Shown here: positions 58,065-64,000 of the stretch, one piece after another
Layout of the letters: the number at the start of each line of letters is the position of its first letter
Numbering within the stretch: position 1 is the stretch's first letter
Assembly (NCBI GenBank): GCA_020342155.1
Contig: CP070842.1
Location: 1,172,594-1,236,593, forward strand
Source of the DNA: Dehalococcoidales bacterium
GTDB taxonomy: Bacteria > Chloroflexota > Dehalococcoidia > Dehalococcoidales > Fen-1064
Length of the DNA stretch: 64,000 bases
Direction of reading: 5' to 3'
Notes under the pieces: generated by a model
The model's input: the letters and a program-made list of their open reading frames with translations, nothing else
Told to the model about the DNA's origin: nothing
The model's database searches: none
Position numbers and translations under genes: made by a program

Positions 58065-58703
58065 ATGTTTAGTAACAAGGAATTCTGGGAGAAACGCTTC
58101 AGGGAGGAAGGCAAGGTCTGGGGAGAAGACCCGAGTAAATCTGTCTACCAGGCATCGGAGTTTTTTCGCAAGCACGATGTAAAAAGCATACTGGTACCGG
58201 GTTCAGGCTACGGAAGGAATACCAGGCTGTTCTCGTCGTCAGGATTTGACGTAACCGGTATTGAGATTTCCGCGACCGCCTGCAAACTGGCACAGCAATT
58301 CGACCCGGCATCGAAGGTCTACGAAGGTTCGGTACTGGACATGTCGTTTGTCCCCGGCACGTTTGACGCTATCTATAGCTACAACCTGCTTCACCTTTTT
58401 AGTGAGAATGACAGAAATCTATTCATACAGGAGTGCATCGACAAGCTGGGAGAGCCGGGATTTGCCTTTTTCACGGTTTTCTCAGAAGATGAACCGACCT
58501 TCGGACAGGGCAGGTGGGTTGAGAGCAACACCTACGAAAGTCGACCTGACAGGCCGACACACTACTTCACCGAGGACGACCTGAGAGAGCACTTCCAAGA
58601 CTTTGAGATTATCGAGACCGGGATAGTCCAGGAACCGGAAGACCACGGCGGGCAACCCCATACCCACATTCTGCGGTATGTCTTCGTGAAAAAAGCAGCG
58701 TAG
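58065..58703 (+). CDS. Class I SAM-dependent methyltransferase
   Basis: 212 aa. Motif I is ILVPGSGYGRN, with post-I DVTGIEIS and FDAIYSYNLLH. Confidence 0.85.
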   Translation: MFSNKEFWEKRFREEGKVWGEDPSKSVYQASEFFRKHDVKSILVPGSGYGRNTRLFSSSGFDVTGIEISATACKLAQQFDPASKVYEGSVLDMSFVPGTFDAIYSYNLLHLFSENDRNLFIQECIDKLGEPGFAFFTVFSEDEPTFGQGRWVESNTYESRPDRPTHYFTEDDLREHFQDFEIIETGIVQEPEDHGGQPHTHILRYVFVKKAA

Positions 58704-58772
58704 TGCCTGATGTATCCGATGCTAGTTATATAACGCCTCTGCCTCAGAGTAAAATAAGAGGAGCAACTTTGA

Positions 58773-58979
58773 ATGGAATGTAATATTGACAAGAATAAGG
58801 CCAGCTGCAATTGCACCTACGAGCCCTGTTCGAGGAAGGGCAAGTGCTGTGAATGTATTTCCTACCACCTTAAGTCCGACGAGTTACCTGCTTGCGTCTT
58901 CCCCCGGGAAGTCGAGAGGACCTATGACCGCTCCTTCGGCAGATTTGTGCAGGTCTACGGCAACAAAGCCCGGGGGTGA
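58773..58979 (+). CDS. Small Cys-rich protein (DUF6485-like)
   Basis: 68 aa. CNCTYEPCSRKGKCCECISYH...PAC. RBS AGAGGAG. Confidence 0.6.
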   Translation: MECNIDKNKASCNCTYEPCSRKGKCCECISYHLKSDELPACVFPREVERTYDRSFGRFVQVYGNKARG

Positions 58980-59045
58980 CAAGCCAGCCTGTTTGGGCTA
59001 TATTGGGGATAAAGTTGCCCCAGCTTTGATAGGGGAGGTAGCAGT

Positions 59046-59954
59046 ATGAGTATCCTGGTAGTCGGTTCGGTAGCCCTCGATACGGTAGAAACACCAATGG
59101 GTAAGGTCGAAGATGAAATCGGTGGCTCTGCCATTCATTTCTCAGCGATTGCCAGTCTCTATACCAAAGTCAATCTGGTGGCGGTAATCGGCACTGACTT
59201 CCCGAGGGAGGAAATCCGGTTTCTCGATGAGCGGGGAGTCGATACACGGGGTCTACAGGTAGTTATCGGAGAGACCTTCCGCTGGTCAGGGCGATATGAC
59301 TACATGTCAAATATCACCGAGACCCTGGACACCCAGCTTAATGTCTTTGCCAATTTTCACCCCGTTATCCCCGAAGGATACGAAAAGAGCGATATTGTCT
59401 TCCTGGCCAACATCGACCCCGACCTACAGAGGGAGGTGCTGGAGCAGGTACCCGAGGCAAAATTAACGATGATAGATACCATGGACTTCTGGATAGAAAA
59501 CAAGCGGGAATCACTCATCAAGACAATAAGCATGGTCGACATCGTTACCATGAATGAGGGAGAGGCCCGTCTCCTCGGTAAGACCGAAAGTATCCTTACT
59601 GCCGCCAAGGGTATTCTGGATTTGGGACCGGATATGGTAGTCATCAAGCGTGGCGAATACGGATGCGTTAAGGTAGATAAAGATGGCTACTTCACCGCTC
59701 CAGCCTGCCTGCTGGAACAGGTCAAGGACCCAACCGGGGCCGGGGACACCTTCGCCGGTGGCTTTCTCGGCTACTTGGACCAGACCAACGAATTAACCGA
59801 ACCAGCCATAAGGCGGGCGATGATACACGGCTGCGCCGCTGCTAGCTTTACCGTGGAAGAATTCGGTGTGGAACGGCTCCGCACCCTTACCACCAGGGAA
59901 ATGGCAGAACGGTATCAGGAATTCTACAACTTCTCCCACTTGCAAGACTGGTAA
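59046..59954 (+). CDS. PfkB-family carbohydrate/nucleoside kinase
   Basis: 302 aa. GGSAIHF N-terminal motif and DPTGAGDTFAGGF C-terminal motif. Confidence 0.88.
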   Translation: MSILVVGSVALDTVETPMGKVEDEIGGSAIHFSAIASLYTKVNLVAVIGTDFPREEIRFLDERGVDTRGLQVVIGETFRWSGRYDYMSNITETLDTQLNVFANFHPVIPEGYEKSDIVFLANIDPDLQREVLEQVPEAKLTMIDTMDFWIENKRESLIKTISMVDIVTMNEGEARLLGKTESILTAAKGILDLGPDMVVIKRGEYGCVKVDKDGYFTAPACLLEQVKDPTGAGDTFAGGFLGYLDQTNELTEPAIRRAMIHGCAAASFTVEEFGVERLRTLTTREMAERYQEFYNFSHLQDW

Positions 59955-60084
59955 TGGTAATGCCCGATATGCGACCACCGGTCGAGGAGATTGCTTGGCC
60001 ACGCCTTAATGCCCAAAGAGAACATTGGTAAATACTGCCAAAGGGGGATGATTCTTGTCCCGAAGATATGATAAACTGGTATCC

Positions 60085-60212
60085 ATTCACCTGAATAACC
60101 ATCAGGGGACTTTTGTGATTATAGATAGCGACTAAACTACATCGCCAAAAGATTCACGGCATTGAAATAAACAAGGATGACGAATTTCAAACCGCTCTTT
60201 ATTCAGGTGAAT
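60085..60212. repeat. Perfect 14-bp inverted repeat pair, 100 nt apart
   Basis: ATTCACCTGAATAA (60085-60098) and TTATTCAGGTGAAT (60199-60212), inside a 690-nt AT-rich non-coding gap. Confidence 0.5.
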
Positions 60213-60339
60213 TCTTACGATAGACTTGTGATAAAATGCCACTTGCCAGCTCAAGCCAACCGCATTATGACTTGAGATATTTTTCATCAAAGCACCGGCA
60301 AAGAGAGTTCGATTTATTAGTTAATGTGGGTAACGCCAA

Positions 60340-60549
60340 ATGAGTAATTTAGGAAGGCCGCCGAAAGAGAAGGGCAAAAAGCACCCCCTGTACGGGCAAT
60401 TCAATGGCGAAGTGCCCTGGATGAATGGGTGTAAGGAGTACAACAGGGACACATGTCTGGATTGCCCGATTCCTCTGGAGAAATGTGCTGCAGAAAACCC
60501 CCGTCTCCACAAAGGCGGGCGACCAAAGGGAAGTAGTAGTAAACTATAA
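60340..60549 (+). CDS. Possible small Cys4 protein with GRP(P)K motifs at both ends (uncertain)
   Basis: 69 aa. GRPPKEKG...C-x9-C-x2-C-x7-C...GGRPKG. The local G+C looks higher than the flanks. Weak RBS. Confidence 0.35.
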   Translation: MSNLGRPPKEKGKKHPLYGQFNGEVPWMNGCKEYNRDTCLDCPIPLEKCAAENPRLHKGGRPKGSSSKL

Positions 60550-60559
60550 ACCATGATAG

Positions 60560-61912
<1,353 letters not shown>

Positions 61913-61924
61913 AAAGGAGTGCAT

Positions 61925-63136
61925 ATGCCCAATAGCTTTTATGACTCGAATAAATACATGCTGACTTCGGAGTCGGTCACTGAAGGGCACCCCGATAAAC
62001 TGTGTGACCAGATATCAGACGCCATTTTGGATGCCATTATGACCGAGGACCCCATGGGCCGTGTTGCCTGCGAGACCGCCTGTACTACCGGTCTGGTGAT
62101 TGTACTAGGGGAGATAACCACTAAATGTTACGTCGATGTACCTCAGATAGTACGCCAGGTCGTCCGCGACATCGGCTATACCGACCCGGCTTGCGGTTTT
62201 GATTACCAGTCCTGCGGAGTGCTGGTATCAATCACGGAACAATCAGCCGATATTGACCTCGGGGTAAGCAAGTCGAGAGAGTTGAAAGAAGACACCTCCG
62301 ATACCGATGAACTTGACCAGACCGGGGCTGGTGACCAGGGAATGATGGTGGGCTTTGCCTGTAACGAGACTCCGGAACTGATGCCGCTACCGATTGCGCT
62401 ATCGCACAAGCTATGCCTGCGTCTTGCCCAGGTGAGAAAGGACGGTACCCTGCCCTACCTCCGGCCCGACGGGAAATCGCAGGTAACCGTGGAATACAGC
62501 AAGGGCGTCCCGAAGCGGGTCACCAGTGTGGTTATTGCCGCCCAGCACGATGATGACGTCAGCAGCGAACAGATAGCCAAGGACGTTATTGAGAAGGTTA
62601 TCAAGACGATTGTTCCTGCCTCATTGATTGACAGCGAGACCAGATTCTTCGTTAACGGCACCGGCCGCTTTGTCATTGGTGGCCCGGTTTCAGATACCGG
62701 CTTCACCGGCCGCAAGCTCCTGGTAGACACCTATGGTGGGCTGGCCCGTCACGGCGGTGGGGCCTTTTCCGGAAAAGACCCGACTAAGGTTGACCGCTCG
62801 GCAGCTTACATGGCAAGGTATATCGCCAAAAACATCATCGCCGCCGGACTGGCCGATCGTGTAGAAGTACAGATTTCCTACGTAATCGGTGTCGCGCATC
62901 CGCTGTCCGTGGCCGTGGAGACATTCGGCACGGGCAAGGTTGATACCGATGTCATCGATAAGCTCATCAGTAAACACTTCGACCTTAGGCCAGCCGCCAT
63001 CATACGCTATTTCAACCTGCGACGGCCTATATTCCAGCAGGTTGCCTCCTACGGACACTTCGGTCGCGACGACCTTGACCTGCCCTGGGAGAAGACAGAC
63101 AAGGCCGAAGTCCTCAAGAAAGAGGCTCTGGGCTAA
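61925..63136 (+). CDS. metK: S-adenosylmethionine synthase
   Basis: [31 protein letters not shown] and [19 protein letters not shown] 61925 follows AAAGGAG; the track start is GTG 61919. Confidence 0.96.
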   Translation: MPNSFYDSNKYMLTSESVTEGHPDKLCDQISDAILDAIMTEDPMGRVACETACTTGLVIVLGEITTKCYVDVPQIVRQVVRDIGYTDPACGFDYQSCGVLVSITEQSADIDLGVSKSRELKEDTSDTDELDQTGAGDQGMMVGFACNETPELMPLPIALSHKLCLRLAQVRKDGTLPYLRPDGKSQVTVEYSKGVPKRVTSVVIAAQHDDDVSSEQIAKDVIEKVIKTIVPASLIDSETRFFVNGTGRFVIGGPVSDTGFTGRKLLVDTYGGLARHGGGAFSGKDPTKVDRSAAYMARYIAKNIIAAGLADRVEVQISYVIGVAHPLSVAVETFGTGKVDTDVIDKLISKHFDLRPAAIIRYFNLRRPIFQQVASYGHFGRDDLDLPWEKTDKAEVLKKEALG

Positions 63137-63172
63137 TTAATAATTGCGTGACATGAAAAAACGAGGGAATTC

Positions 63173-63199
63173 AAGAGGGGCTTCGCCCCTCTTTCCTTA
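63173..63199 (+). terminator. Rho-independent terminator after metK
   Basis: AAGAGGGGC-ttc-GCCCCTCTT followed by TCCTT. Confidence 0.7.
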
Positions 63200-63247
63200 T
63201 GCTATGCTTCCCCTTCTCTAGCGCAGAAGGCGAACATCCATTTAGTG

Positions 63248-63253
63248 TATAAT
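63248..63253 (+). promoter_or_regulatory. -10 box TATAAT ending 8 nt before the ATG (possible leaderless or near-leaderless transcript)
   Basis: GTGTATAATACACCCAAATG. There is no SD between the box and ATG 63262. Confidence 0.3.
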
Positions 63254-63261
63254 ACACCCAA

Positions 63262-63942
63262 ATGGAAAGAGTCTTCTTCTGCTGGAGTGGTGGTAAAGAT
63301 AGTGCCCTCGCCCTCTACGAAATTATACAGAGCCAGACTTATGAGGTGGTGAGCCTGCTCAGTACTGTAACTGAGGACTACGACCGGGTCAGAATGCATG
63401 GTGTCCCCAGAGTGCTGCTTGAGCGACAGGCAGACTGCCTCGGCCTGCCCTTAGAGGTTGTACACATCCCAAAAAACTGCTCGACTGAGGAATACGGGGT
63501 AAGGATGCAGGAGACCCTTACCAGGTTCAAGCAGGACGGTGTCTCATTGGTGGTCTTCGGTGATGTTTTCCTGGAAGATGTCAGGGAATACCGGGAGAAT
63601 AACCTGGCAAGAATCGAGATGAGGGCAGTCTTTCCCCTCTGGGGGAGAGATACCGCGGAACTCGCTCAGTCATTCGTCACTCTAGGTTTTGAGGCCATCA
63701 TCACCTGCATCGATTCCAGGGTTCTGGATAATAGATTTATCGGCAGGACAATTGATGATTTATTACTGTCCGAGCTTCCGCCGGGGGTTGACCCCTGTGG
63801 CGAGAACGGCGAATTTCATTCATTCGTGCTTAACGGGCCCATATTTAAAGAAAGGGTTGCCTGCGCTCTAGGGGAAGTGGTACTCAGGGACTCTTTCTAC
63901 TTCTGTGACCTCGCCCAAAAGGAGACGGCTATCACTAAATAA
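63262..63942 (+). CDS. PP-loop ATP-binding protein, Dph6/MJ0570-like (adenine nucleotide alpha-hydrolase)
   Basis: 226 aa. The FCWSGGKDSALAL PP-loop, then GDVFLEDVREYRE and a GENGEFHSFV C-terminus, are typical of this family. Confidence 0.85.
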   Translation: MERVFFCWSGGKDSALALYEIIQSQTYEVVSLLSTVTEDYDRVRMHGVPRVLLERQADCLGLPLEVVHIPKNCSTEEYGVRMQETLTRFKQDGVSLVVFGDVFLEDVREYRENNLARIEMRAVFPLWGRDTAELAQSFVTLGFEAIITCIDSRVLDNRFIGRTIDDLLLSELPPGVDPCGENGEFHSFVLNGPIFKERVACALGEVVLRDSFYFCDLAQKETAITK

Positions 63943-64000
63943 AATCGAAGTAAGGGAGCCCAAGAGAGTGGGAGAAACGAAAAACCCGATAAAGTTTGGC

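Overview
This is a gene-dense 64-kb bacterial chromosomal window with about 60 CDS and 2 tRNAs. It has no rRNA and no CRISPR array.

**Backbone.** The backbone runs roughly 50-58% G+C, judged from 60-nt stretches counted by eye. It carries housekeeping genes: clpC, pyrG, a short transaldolase/FSA, rho, uvrC, surE, ligA and pth. It also holds a methionine-salvage/SAM-cycle neighbourhood: mtnA, mtnP, a short MetE-like gene, a PfkB kinase, ahcY and metK. Other modules are:
- a paired acyl-CoA dehydrogenase operon
- a NorQ/CbbQ AAA+ ATPase with a NorD/CbbO-like partner, which is cut by the left window edge and missing from the ORF track
- a MoxR-DUF58-transglutaminase operon
- a ~7-kb block of two-component genes

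The gene content is reminiscent of Chloroflexota/Dehalococcoidia, but that is only an impression.

**Main findings.**
1. tRNA-Met(CAU) at 27383-27455 is followed by six further partial copies of its own 3' end plus 3' flank. These copies delimit six 0.4-1.0 kb cassettes, each carrying one ORF, and no recombinase is visible in the window. This is the most unusual structure here.
2. A ~5.2-kb AT-rich island sits at the 3' end of tRNA-Ala(GGC). It is bounded by a 13/14 direct repeat of the tRNA terminus and carries secreted proteins, lipoproteins and an RHS-core fragment.
3. A diverged ~50-nt copy of the trmH start lies in frame upstream of an MBL-fold gene, separated from it by a TGA.
4. A PadR-linked protein is about 25% methionine.
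5. A rubrerythrin domain is fused to a hotdog thioesterase domain.
6. A histidine-kinase-like protein has its H-box His replaced by Asn.
7. mtnA has no canonical start codon for its conserved N-terminus.

All calls were made by eye from the sequence and the ORF translations. No database search was run.
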